A stretch of DNA of 64,000 bases. It comes from Salpingoeca rosetta. Taxonomy: Eukaryota > Protista > Choanoflagellata. The stretch's first letter is position 1; every line of letters starts with the position of its first letter. Below, one piece after another: positions 1-26,800 of this stretch. The DNA lies in contig JAWQFM010000023.1 of assembly GCA_033442325.1 (NCBI GenBank), forward strand, positions 628,410 to 692,409, written 5' to 3'. Position numbers and translations under genes: made by a program. Below the pieces are notes generated by a model, which saw only the letters and a program-made list of their open reading frames with translations, searched no databases and was not told the origin of the DNA.

Positions 1-20
1 GCGTGTGTGTGTGTGTACGC

Positions 21-51
<31 letters not shown>

Positions 52-241
52 CGCGTGTGTGGGCGTGTGTGCATGTGTGTGTGGGCGCGTGTGTGTGGTT
101 CAACGACGACAGGAACGTGGCCACACCTCGCACACCCACATTACAGCACACGATACCCTCCTACGATACCCTCCCACGACCCGTACACCAACAAGCGCAC
201 ACACTCTACACCCTTTGGCTCGCAACAACAAGTGCCCCCAC

Positions 242-7601
<7,360 letters not shown>

Positions 7602-8396
7602 GACGACGATACTTCTGTTGACTATGGAAGGGAACCCAGAGAAAGCGGTGTGTGTGTGTGCGTGTGGGGGGGGGGGGGTTGCGCGTGAATTGGGGTGAGG
7701 TGTGGTGGAAACACAACACAACACAACACACAAACAAACAAAGCTTGCTTGTGTGGATGGAACTGGTGGTATCGCAGCGAGCGAGCAAGCGAGCCAGTGA
7801 GGAAGGTCATGTCACACCACACTACACACTACACACAGGCCACAACGCACCATCAACAGACACACGAGCCACACACACGCGTGCCGCCAACGTTACAGCA
7901 ACAGGCTTCCACAACCACCGCCAGAACCACCACAACACACCTTGCTGCCTTCTTGTCTTGTTCTTCGATCGATTGCCTGCTTCGTGAGCAGTGGAAATTG
8001 CCTCTTGCGCTTGGTGTGTCAGCCATTTCGCAATCGCCAGCCGTGGCTGCAACTTGTGCTGTTGCGCAATGAATAGTGTCGCGGGTGGCCTCAGTTGTTG
8101 ACATTAGTCGGTCATCACATCAGTTTGCTTGTCTCGCCTTGCGATTCAACTCTTCCACCACCCATCCCCTCCCTCCCCGCTTCGCACTGTCACATCACAT
8201 CAGCAGCGCTGTACAACAAACTGTATGGAGCAAAAGGAAAAACAAAAGGCCACGCAGCCACGCACGTGTGTGTGTTGTACGTCAAACAACCGCATATCAC
8301 AAAGACATCAGAAGAGGAGAAAAACAGGCTGTGCAAGCGCATGCATGCATGCATTTGTGGTGTGTATGGGCAACCGCTGACACTTAAGGGGGGTTG

Positions 8397-15050
<6,654 letters not shown>

Positions 15051-15578
15051 CTCAGCGGTCCTGGTGCTTCTTTGCTTTGCTGTGGTTGGTGCTTGCTGGC
15101 TTAAACCCTCCCGCTTTTATCAGCTGTGATTGTGGGCGTGAATGTGTGCGTCAACCGACCACACACGAGCTCAAAACAGTGTGTGTGCCAAAAAGTGCAC
15201 GAGCGGCAACAACAACAAAGGTGTTGTAGTGTGTGTGTGTGTGTGATTGCCGTGCTGATAGGCAGGAGGCTGTGCGCCGTAGTTGTTGTCGTTATTGATG
15301 TGGATGCTTGTTGCTTTGAATGCCTTCCTCGCCCACACCCCGCTCCGCAACAACGCATCGTCATGGTTGTGTGTGTGTTGGCAGCGGCATCGCTCCCATC
15401 TTCGCTCCCATCTTCGCTCCTGTTTCGCTCCAGCGAATCCGTCAGCAATTGCAAGCGACATGACAAATTGAGAAACTACGAGCATGATTTCATGCTCTTT
15501 TAAGGCACGTTGCAGCACGTTGCAAATTGCATTTTGCTCACTCACGGGAAGAAGCTCTCCATCCATCCTCTTGCCAAG

Positions 15579-16806
15579 ATGTTGTTCTCGCGCGTGAGTG
15601 GCTATGGCTATGATGATGCTGATGATGATGGTGATTGTGGTTGTGACACGGTAGTGGTCGTGCTGATGGTGTGAGAAGCGGTGGACACCAGACAACAGAG
15701 AGAGAGAGAGAGCCCCTTGCAACTGTTTTCTTTGACTATGCTTTGGGTTTTGAGGTTGTGCAAGGGCGCACATCGACACACACACGCCCACACACACACA
15801 CACCTACGCACTCACACGCACTCGCTCATTCACTCACTCACACACGCTCTTTCATCATTCGGTACACTGCAGGTGAACCGGAAAACGCTCGCTGCCGTGA
15901 GCGGCGCTGTGCGTCGCCTGGCCGCTACGCCCTCCAACTCCGTCACCGTCGCCAAGTCCCTGGCCTCTGTGCAGGCAACTGCCGCGCCCTGCGCTCGCCA
16001 GGTGCGTCGGCTTTCTTCTGCGGGCGTATGCTTCCCTCTGGACCAGAACGCACCAGCTCTCAGCAGCACATGCACCTGCTGCGGCATGCGGCTCACAAGC
16101 ACACACACACACATATACATATGCTCACAAGCACACGCATACACACACATATGCTCACAAGCACACGCATGCACACGCACACACACACACATCTGATATT
16201 GGTTGCCGTGGGCTGCTGTGCAGGCCGTTCCCCTCCTTGCTGTGAACCGCCGGCACCTCCACGCTGCCCGCGCTCTCCGTACGTTGCTGTTTTGTGCTGA
16301 TTGTTGCTGTTGGTGCTGGTGTACTTGTTGTTCTTCTTCGTTGTCTTGCTGTTCGTCTTCTAGTTTTGGCTGCTGCTCTTCCAGCTGTTCCTGTTGCCGC
16401 TGCCGCCGCTCTCATTTGTATTGTTCTCGTTGTGCCTCACACACTGACCTCATGCATGACTGGTGCGTTGTGCGTGCGAAGGCAACGGCGACGAGATTAC
16501 TGTGCAGCTTCCCCCAGTTGCCGAGTCCATCTCCGAGGGCGAAATTGGCGGCTTTGAGAAAGGTTGGTTCGATTGAGAAAGGTTTTGTTCAGTGGGAAGG
16601 CTTGTGCACTGGCTCTCATCGGGTTTCGCACGTTGACATTGTTAAATGGGTGCCTGTGATACTCCCTTTACTCCCAACACATACACCTTGCAGTCAACTA
16701 ACTCGCACTTCATCACCACCACCACCACCACAACAACAACAACACCATGCAGAGGTTGGCGACTATGTTGAGCAGGATGAGGCCGTCGTTGTCATCGAGA
16801 CCGATA

Positions 16807-16854
<48 letters not shown>

Positions 16855-18011
16855 ATCGGGGTAGCAAGCTTTGACCTTCATAGGATTGCTCCCCCTAAAC
16901 GCTTTGCTGTCATTTGTGCAACCCGTTGCGTTCTTCGACCAAGACGACCCATCACTACCATGGCGACCACCACCACCATGCTGCGTTGCTCACACGTTTG
17001 CGCCCCTGCTGCGTGCTCTGCACCCACACAGACGAGCGTGCCTGTCAACGCACCACAGTCTGGCGTCATTACGGAGTTTCTTGTTGAGGAGGGCGACACC
17101 GTCCCCATTGGCGCTGATCTCTTCAAGATGAAGCCTGGTACGTGTGATTTGGCGTGGGTGTGGTGCACGCTTGGTCGCCTGTGTTGCCGAGCAACAAGGA
17201 GCACAAATCTTGTCGGTTTCTCCCCCCCCCCCTTGCAATCCTCCTTACACCTACCTCGGTCCTTTTCTGTGGGAAAAACTTGGTCGCGTGCACACAAAAC
17301 CGTGCTCATACACCCACGTCCTTCATGCAACGTGCGCAACAATGCACACACTACTCACGAGCGAACGCGAAAACACACACACACATATGCACACAACATA
17401 CTCACTTGAAACCAGGCGAGGCGCCCGCTGGCAGCCAGAAGCCCGCTGCAAGCGAGGAGAAGAAGTCTGAGGGGGAGGAGAGTTCTTCTGCCGCCCCTGC
17501 TGCTGACACCACTCCGGCCCCGGCAAAGGAGGAGCCAAAGAAGCAAGAGTCGAAGCCCGCACCCGCACCCGCACCAAAGAAGCCCGCACCAGGTCGGTAT
17601 GCGTGCCTATGTATGTGCGTGTGTGTGTCTGTCTGCTTGTGTGCGTGTGCCTGTGTGTGTGTGTGCTTGTATGGAAGGGGTGCTCGCATGAATGCACGAG
17701 TGGTCGAATTACACCCATCCCTCTCTCTCTCTCACACATCTCAACACGACACCACACGACACCACCATGGCGTGTTTGTCTTGTCTGCACTGCACTGCAC
17801 TACGATTAGAGTCTGCTGGCGGCGTGACGCGCGTGAAGATGACCCGGATGAGGAAACGCACGGCCGAGCGCCTGAAGGACTCGCAGAACACCGCTGCCAT
17901 GCTCACCACCTTCAACGAGATTGACATGAGCCACATCATCGCCTTCCGCAACAAGCACAAGGACGCCTTCCTCAAGAAGCACGGCGTCAAGGTCGGTGGC
18001 GGCGTTTGCTT

Positions 18012-18073
<62 letters not shown>

Positions 18074-18370
18074 GCGGCAGCCCGTTGCCTTGTACAACAA
18101 CTGTCTTGTACAGCAACTGTCTTGTGTGCCGTCGTCATCGTTCTCCCTTGTTTTGCTGTTTCGATTGCGTGATTCCCCCTCGTTGCGACTCAACAATGTG
18201 TTCACGTGTACCTGCGATGGGTGCAGCTTGGCTTCATGTCTGCCTTTGCAAAGGCCGCCGCCTGGGCCCTTGAGCGCGAGCCAGCTGTCAACGCATGTGA
18301 GTGGCTGGGAATGTCACACGTGTGTATCTGTCTATCTGTCTGTGTGTGTGTGTGAGGAGGTCTGTCTGTC

Positions 18371-18402
<32 letters not shown>

Positions 18403-19335
18403 AGGAGGTCTGCGTATGGGTGCCCGCTCGTCCCGTGTTCACCAAGCCTGATGTGGTGTTGGTGGTTGCTTGGCCACATCATCGTCTCACTCCGCCACGT
18501 GTATCGTACGTTTCCAACCATCACCGCAGTCATTGACACGGACAACGAACACATCGTGTACAACGAGGACATCAACATCAGCGTCGCCGTTGCTACCCCT
18601 AAGGTTGCGCATCCCCCTCGGTCTTGCACAATGGTGTCTGCCACCATCGCTTAATGTTGCTTGCACGCATAGCTTGCAAACACGGCAAGGCGTGGCTCCT
18701 TGTCATTCGCGCATATTGACACACATTTTCACACAAACGCGTGCACTCACACACGTATTCACACACACACCACGTATTCACGTTATCTACACCACACAAA
18801 CACATGTTCACACGTGTGCGCGCACACACAGGGTCTGGTTGTGCCAGTTGTGCGGCGGGTGCAAGACATGACGTATGTTGACATTGAGCGGGAGATTGCG
18901 CGTCTGGGCAAGAAGGCGCGTGACGGCGACCTCGCCATTGAGGACATGGAGGGCGGCACCTTCACCATCAGCAACGGCGGTGAGATGCACGCGACCAATT
19001 ACAGCAGCAGGGCTGGAACACAAGAGCGTAGAGTCATGCGTTCGTGGCTGCCTGTGCTTGTTTGCCTGTCTGTCTGAACGATACGGCTTCGTGCTCAATG
19101 TCCGCGTGTCGACCCCCCCCCCCCTTCTCACGCCCTTATTACTCACCTTCATCCACCACCACCACCACCACTACCACACCCTTTCGCTCCGCCTGTGCGT
19201 GCGCCAGGTGTGTTTGTCTCACTTATGGGAACCCCGATCATGAACCCCCCGCAGTCGGACATCCTCGGGAAGGACCCCACCTTTGACCGCCCCGGCGTCA
19301 TTCACGGCAATGTGTGTCAGCACGTGGAGCCACGC

Positions 19336-19401
<66 letters not shown>

Positions 19402-19693
19402 GCATCTGTCTGTCTGTCTATCTGTCTGTCTATCTGCTTCGCTCTGCGTCGCTCTGCGTCAGTGCTGTCCTCCCTTTGACACCCTCACACTTGTCTCCCG
19501 CCACGCACCCGTGTTTGCATCACACATACACACTGTACACACGCGGTGCCGCGTGGCTGCAGGTTGAGATCCGCCCGATGATGTACGTTGCGCTGACGTA
19601 CGACCACCGGCTGATTGACGGGCGTGAGGCCGTGACGTTCCTCAAGAGCGTCAAGGAGGCTGTCGAGGACCCCAGGATCATCCTCCTTGACTA
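15579..19693 (+). CDS. DLST: Mitochondrial dihydrolipoamide succinyltransferase (2-oxoglutarate dehydrogenase E2), multi-exon
   Basis: ATG 15579, MLFSR|[16 protein letters not shown] presequence. Lipoyl domain AESISEG..VVIETDK|TSVPV (Lys 16806-16808). Ala/Pro linker. Catalytic core [74 protein letters not shown]. Stop at ~19691-19693. Confidence 0.95.
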
Positions 19694-20889
19694 AACACCC
19701 CGCCCTGTCCCCCCAATGCACAATGCACACATACACGCACACGCACATGCGCCTGCACACGCACATGCATCCGTGCATGCGATGCGTTCACCAAACAACA
19801 CAAAGCCAACGCAAGTCAACGCCGAGAGTGTTGTGGCGGTGGTGTTTTGTTTGTTTGATGTATTGCGTGTGCACTGCTGTTCAAGTTTGTTTGTTTTTCT
19901 TCGTCTGTTTTGCTTGTGGCTGGCTGCTGTTCGTTTCGTGTGTCGCACCAGATGCTGTTTGTTGTGTTCGTTTTCACGCGTGCTGTCGTTCTGAGTTTGG
20001 TATCTTTCGAGTTCCGCACTCACCGTGTGTGACAGTTCTCAAAGAGTGCAATACCATTTCCCAACAAGATGGTGTACACAAATGAAAGCGGTGTGGCTCG
20101 AGGGACTCTGACGGATGCCTGGCTGTCATTGGCGACCGCACACAAGACATCATGTGGACCTCACATTCTCGAAATGTGCTACGAATCATATTGTTCGTGC
20201 AGAATTGTCCCTTGTCCCTTTCACAAATTTTCGCCTCATACGCGCGTGGTGATTCGGGAGGGAAGCAAACAGAAGCGACCTCTCTGTCTCTCACACTACG
20301 AGGGTGCTACTGCTTCCTTGCGCCATCCCTCCCCTCCCCCTTATTTTTTGTCTGGTGGGCAATCTGTTCGCTTCTACATGTTCAAGATTAGTGCTTGGGT
20401 AGCACATGCACCTCATAGCACGTCCCGTCATTGCTCTTGGACTGTTGGATGCACCACGTCTTTCATTTGTTCATAAATGGTCGGCATGAGTCACTCTGAT
20501 GTTAATAAGAATATCACATGCAAGCAGCTGTCCTTGTCATGGTATGGTCGTTTCGTCACTGTCACAACTGTTATCCGCGTTACAACCAGACCTCCATGAA
20601 TATCTCATGTCAACTTCCTGCTGCTCGCTCGTCTTCATGTTAACTGCTCAAGTTTACTTGCGAAATGACAAAGACCAGAAAAACACATGAAGCCCTCAAC
20701 GGGGAACAAATATGCACAAAAGACGAAGGTCTTGCCCCCCCCCCCCTCATCCGCTTACCCCCGGCCATTTCCTCTTTCCCCCACCTCTCTCTGTCTCAAC
20801 CTGTTCACTCTCTCACAATCTCTCGAACTCACCCTTGCGCGCGCACAGACAAACACACACACACACACACCAAACACACACACACACAC

Positions 20890-20934
<45 letters not shown>

Positions 20935-20986
20935 CGTGCACACACTAACCCCAGCGCTTTACACTTTCTCCACCCCCTCCCTAGTG

Positions 20987-23810
20987 CTACAGGGCCGTGT
21001 CTTCGTCGTAGTTCAACGCCTCACCATGATATCCAAGCGCAGTCGTGAACATGTGCACGCTGCTGGTGGCAGATGCATCTCCATCACGATCATCATGGCC
21101 GTGCTCGCCACGTCGCTGGTGGTGATGCTGACCAGGATGTTGCATGTCGTGGATGATGTCATATCCCCTCGCATGACCAGGATCCGAGAATGCAGGCGGT
21201 GGTGGCGGCGGCGGGATGGTGCGTTGAATCAAGTACGGAATGCCATCATCCTCCTCTTCCTGCCGCCTGCGCTCACGACCCGACTGGTGCTGGTGCTGTT
21301 GCTGGCCGTGCCCATGATGTCCAGTGTGTGTATGGTGCTCCGCGTGGCCGTGGCTGGGATGCTGCTGTCGTGCACCAGCGTAGAGCGCGTTTGTGCTCAT
21401 GGTTGGCGGCTCGTCACCAACATCGCTCGCAAAGTGCACGTGCCCGTGGCCGTGGTGATGGCCACTGTGTGGCGTCGACGCTGTTGTTGTCGGACTGCCT
21501 TCGTCAATGGTGTGCGGCATATTCAGCAGTTCCTGCAACACAGAGGTGTGCACTGCCTTGCTTCGGAATTTGTGTACGGCCTCAGCAATGACACTGTCAG
21601 CCGACGCGTCTTCGCCTTCGCTATCGCCGTCACCACCACCGTTGTCGCTGCTGCCGTTGCCACGCACGTCTGGGGACGTCTCCCTTTGCAGCACCTTGGC
21701 AAAGTGCGCCAGGACTTGGTAAACGAAGCGCAGTTGCACGGGGCTGGGCATGAAGTAACGCCGCTTGCCAAGCATACTGGTGAGGATGCGAGGCACGTCC
21801 ACGTAGTCCGTCTCCAGCATGCTTCGCATGCCAGTCATGCACACCATCAGCATCGACGACAGGCCGCCGCCCAGCGCATCGTGCACCACACACTCCGTGC
21901 GATCGTGCAGGCCCGTGTTGATGTGCACGAGGCACGCCGCTGCAAAGCGCGCAAACATGGCCGGTGTCACCTGCGTCGGGTCTGTCGTCAGCAGTTGCAG
22001 CTGCGTGATTGTCGCCACGCGCCCCGTGTGGCGGTGCTGCATCTTAATCTCCCGCACCACCCACTCTTCCTTCTGCTCCACGCTGCACACCTCCACCAGC
22101 ATGCTGCCGTACGGCACAGCGTACCCTTCGTGCGCCGGCCAGTACTCGTTGCCGGGGGTGGAGTCCAGCACCGCCACCAGCTGCGCTTTGGAGTGGAAGC
22201 ACATGCGCCAGAACGAGCTCCAGGACGGCGGAAGCGGCGTCTGCGCCTGCACAAACCCTTTCGGGTGGTCGTAGCTCTCAACAAAGCTGGCGTTGATGTA
22301 GTCGCCCATGCCCTCAATGGGCACGCGCACGCGGTTGAAGTCAAACGGCACATAGTCCCTGTTGCGGTTCAGCTCAGCGTACTCGCTTGCCGCGCGGTGC
22401 GGCTTCGTGCAGCGCGCCCTGCTCTGGCTCACTGCCAGCATGTCCTTGAACGCGTCCTCAGACTCCAGCAGCTTCAGGTGCGCCCCCATGTCGCGTGCGT
22501 GCACGCACGTCCCAAACGTGTACGGCGGCACGGGCCGTGTCAGGCGCAGGTCGGGCGCGTACTCGCACTCGTAGTCAGTGCCATCCAACTCAAACGTCAC
22601 AGACACGGTGTCAGGCCCGCCGTGGTGCAGGATGGTCTCGTGGATGTGCGCGTGCCCGTCCGCGTCCGTGTCGCTCTCACGAATGCCGCTCATCGGGGTG
22701 AACGATGTCTCTGCCAGCGTCGTGCCCGGCTGCGCATCGCCCAAGTTGTAGAAGGACGAGCGGCGCGAGTCGAACAGCGAATTCCTCGACGTGCGGTGTG
22801 CGCGATCAAGCATCTCCAGCGTGTCCATTTGGTTCTCCAGGCGAGGGCGCGACGATGGGCCTTGCCCTTCATCCGCACCACCCTCGCTGCGGCTACGCTC
22901 AATGTCCACAGTGGTCACGCGTGGATGGCGGTGGTGGTGGTGGTGGTGGTGGTGGTGGTGGTGACGATGAACATCGTCATCGTCGTCGTCGTCGTCGTGC
23001 TCGTATGCGTGCTTGCCTTTCCGCTTGCTCTTCTTCTTGGTTTTCTTCTCGCGGCGATGTGGATCGACATCCGTTTCCTCGCCACCCTCAAACGCGGCGG
23101 CGCTCTCGCCCTTCTTCTGCTGCTCGTATGCCTTGAGCAGTGCTGGGCTCGTCCACGCCGACCGGCCCATCGGTCGCATCTCCTGCAAGGCGACGCAGCA
23201 GTGAGCATGCAAGCAAGAGGGTTGGTGTTGGTGTTGGTGTTGGTGTTGGTGACGGTGGTTGTGTGATGATGAGGTGGCGGCGACATGGACCACAAAGGGA
23301 CTGACAAAACACACAGGCATGATCTCATGCACACGCATACACACACACACACACGTGCACACAAAGATACAAACGCACACACACACGTGCACACAAAGAT
23401 ACAAACGCACACACACACGTGCACACAAAGATACAAACGCACACACACACACACGCAAAACAACTCACCACGTCGTATTCAACGTCTCGCACGATGGAGG
23501 ACGGTCCCGTGTCTGGAGCAACTTGTGGCGTGTTCAGCGCCTTGCTCTTCTTCGCACGGCTTGCGGATAGAAGAATGACAACCACCACCATGATGAGGGC
23601 GCCAACGCCAGCAAGTGCGATGACACCCGCTGCAGGCAGCGCCACGGCAGAAGATGTCGTCGCTCCTGCAAACATACACACAAAGAAAAACGTTCACACA
23701 TGTACACAAGTGAAAGCGCAAGTACGCGAATGGCAGTGTGAGTGTGAGTCGTGCAAGTGCGTGAATGACAGTGTGTGTGAGTCGTTTGCTGTGCAAGAGC
23801 GGTCATTCAT

Positions 23811-23856
<46 letters not shown>

Positions 23857-26800
23857 ACGAACGAAAGGACATCACCACAACCAACGCACCAACCAGCCGC
23901 TCCCGCCCCCAACATACGGCACAACACAACACAACACAACACAATACACACGGCTACATACCGAATTCCGGGTCGGGTTGGAAAGTGGTCGATGGCGAGG
24001 CAGTGCCACCAGCACTGGTGTAGGCGACAACGTAGAAGCTGTAGACGTAGTCTGCGGAGAAGGGGCCAATCACAACCGTCTCATCAGAGCCCGAGTACAG
24101 CACAACGTCGCCCTGATCTGGGGTGATGGACACCACATCGCGACGCCGCCGAGCGCCATCGTTTTGACTGCTGCTGCTGCTGTTGGTGGCAGCGGCACTG
24201 TTTGCAGCAAGCTGTGCACTCGCCACAAGCTCGAACCGCTCAATGCGGCCATGCGACGCTGTAGGGCGCGACCACGTGACTTGCACGTGCGTCTCATTCA
24301 CCTGCACAATCACGGGCGTTGCCGGCGCTTCAGGCACGCCGTCCAGCGTTGCGCGTGCAAACCACCGCGTTGACGACGAACCACCAGTGAGTGTCGTTGT
24401 CCACAGCTGGTACTCGTACACCGTGGCTGGCTTGAGGCCCGTGTCCACGTAAGTGGTCCTGTTCACGTCACGCGTCGTGAAGATGCTCACGGAGCGCGTG
24501 TTGCAGCCATCGCTCTCGTCCGGGTAGCCTGCGTTGCACTGCTGCGCCTCGCGTCGCACGAGTGTGTTGCGGATAAACTCTGCCGGTGTGTCAAAGTACA
24601 GCGACCAGTCCAGCCAGATGCTGGTGCTGTTCATGGCAAGCGCAAACGGCTGCACAGCCACCTCCACCGTCGCCAGCGCAAAGCGCCGCGGTGCCCCGCT
24701 GTCCGCCACCCCGACCGTCAGCGAAAACCGTGACAGAACATCGTAGTCGAGCGGACGCAGCAGGACCAGGCTGCCGTTGCTCGCCAGCTGGACGGTGCCG
24801 TTGGAGAAATCGTCCACAAGGTAAAACGCCAGCTGCCCGTTGCCACCAGCGTCCGCGTCCGTGGCCTCCAGCGTTGTCAGCACTGCGCCCACCGCCATCG
24901 TTTCGGGGAAGGTGAAGCGAAGCACGTCGGCAGCAAACGCGGGCGTGTTGTCGTTGATGTCGTCGATGGTCACCGTGATGCGGGCGCTTGTTTCCAGTTG
25001 CGGTTCGCCAGCATCGCGCGCCACCAGCACGAGCGAGTACGACGCACGCTCTTCGCGATCAAACCGCACATGCGGCACGGGGCGCACAACACCCGTGGTG
25101 GCGTCCACCGTGAACAGGTCCATCGCACTCAGCGCGCTATCATCATCAGCAGCATCAACAGTGTCAGGGATGAGCTCGTACGTGACGTTTGACGCTGGCG
25201 TCTCTGGAGCATCAGCGTCTGTGGCAACGAAAGGACCACAGCGCGCAAACACAGTGTCACCGTCACCACTGCTGCTCGATTCCCGCTCCGTCTGCGGCCA
25301 CTCTGTGTACGTGCATTCGTATTCCTCAGCAGCGAAGGCAGGCGCATTGTCGTTGACATCAAGCACGGTGACTACAAGGGCCACCTCTGTTGTCAGCGGC
25401 GCAGGCTCTGTTGCATCGCGTGCGCGCACAACAAGCGCAAAGGACGCGTTGGTCTCACGGTCGAGCGGTGTTGTGGTGGTGATTTCACCAGTCGCGTTGT
25501 CAATGGCAAACATGGTCGCGCCAGCACCGTGTAGCGTGTAGATCACCGTGGACTGCGGTGTTCCCGGCTGGTCAATGTCAGACGCGCGTGCAGTCACACA
25601 CGTGTAACCGCTGGGCGCATTCTCCGGCACATCGCACGCGTATGACGCCAGCTCAAACTCTGCGGCGTTGTCATTTTGATCCTGGATCGTCACCTGCACC
25701 TCGGCCACCGCCGTCATGCTCACGGTGCCGCCATCGCTGGCAACAACCCGCAGCGTGTAGTCAGATGCAACCTCACGATCCAGTGCGCGGGTGATGGTGA
25801 TGACACCGGTGGTCTCGCCAACAACGAAGCGTCCGCCCATGTCGTCCTCAAGCGCAAACGAGACTGCACCGTTGCTACCTGCGTCTCTGTCAGTCGCGCT
25901 CACAGTTGTGCAGAGCGAGCCCGCACCATCGGCGTTCTCCTCAAAGCTGCACGCATACCCGCTCGGCTGCGAGAACACGGGCGCTTCATCGTTCACGTCC
26001 AGGATGGTCACGGCAATGCTCGCGCTGGCCTGCATGGCAGGAATCCCGTTGTCTGTTGCCGTGACAGCAAGCACGAGGCTTGGCGTTGTTTCCCGATCAA
26101 GGGCGCCATTCACCACCACAGCACCCGTGCTGGCGTTGATGGCAAACAGGCTCGACCCTGTCAGCGTGTACGTGATCCTGCTGTTGACGGTGTTCGGTTC
26201 GTCCGCGTCGCTCGCCTGCACCAGCATGCACTCTGTTCCCACGCTCGCGTCCTCATACACGGCGCACGCGTATGGCGTGTTCAGCAGCACGGGCGCCTGG
26301 TCGTTGCGGTCCTCAAGACGCACCGTCACAGATACGCTCGACGTTTGCTGGAGGTCCGTGTTGGTTGCGCGCAGCGTCAGCGGCACCGTGTTACCAATCG
26401 TCTCCCGGTCAAGCGGGCGTGTCAGGGTAATGGCGCCAGTGGTCTCGTTCAGCGCGAAGGAAGAGGCAAGGCTGCCCTCAAGCTCAAAGAACACGGTGGA
26501 CGCTGGCGTGTCCGGTGCATCCGCGTCTGTCACCTGCAAAGGTGGTGTGAGCTCGCACGCGCCCGTCGTGTTCTCTGCAATGGCGCAGCTAAAGGCACTG
26601 GCGCTGAACGCCGGAGCGTTGTCGTTGCGGTCCAGCAGCGTCACAGTGACGCGCGTTTCGCTGTAGCGCGGAGGGAACCCGGCATCTGTGGCGCGCACAA
26701 CCACGGCAAGCTGCTGGTACAGCTCGTAATCCAGCGGCCCAGCAACGGTCACATTGCCCGTGCTGGGGTCAACAGCAAACGTGCTGACTGGAACCGAAGG

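Noticed and set aside
20687-23266. 859-aa plus-strand ORF (and other long plus-strand ORFs across 24000-54000)
   Set aside because: Antisense shadows of the GC-rich cadherin/PTP coding strand, with no recognisable motifs.
23335-23455. Three ~32-bp repeats (ACACGTGCACACAAAGATACAAACGC) resembling a CRISPR array
   Set aside because: No unique spacers, intronic, eukaryotic context, no cas genes; it is a simple minisatellite.
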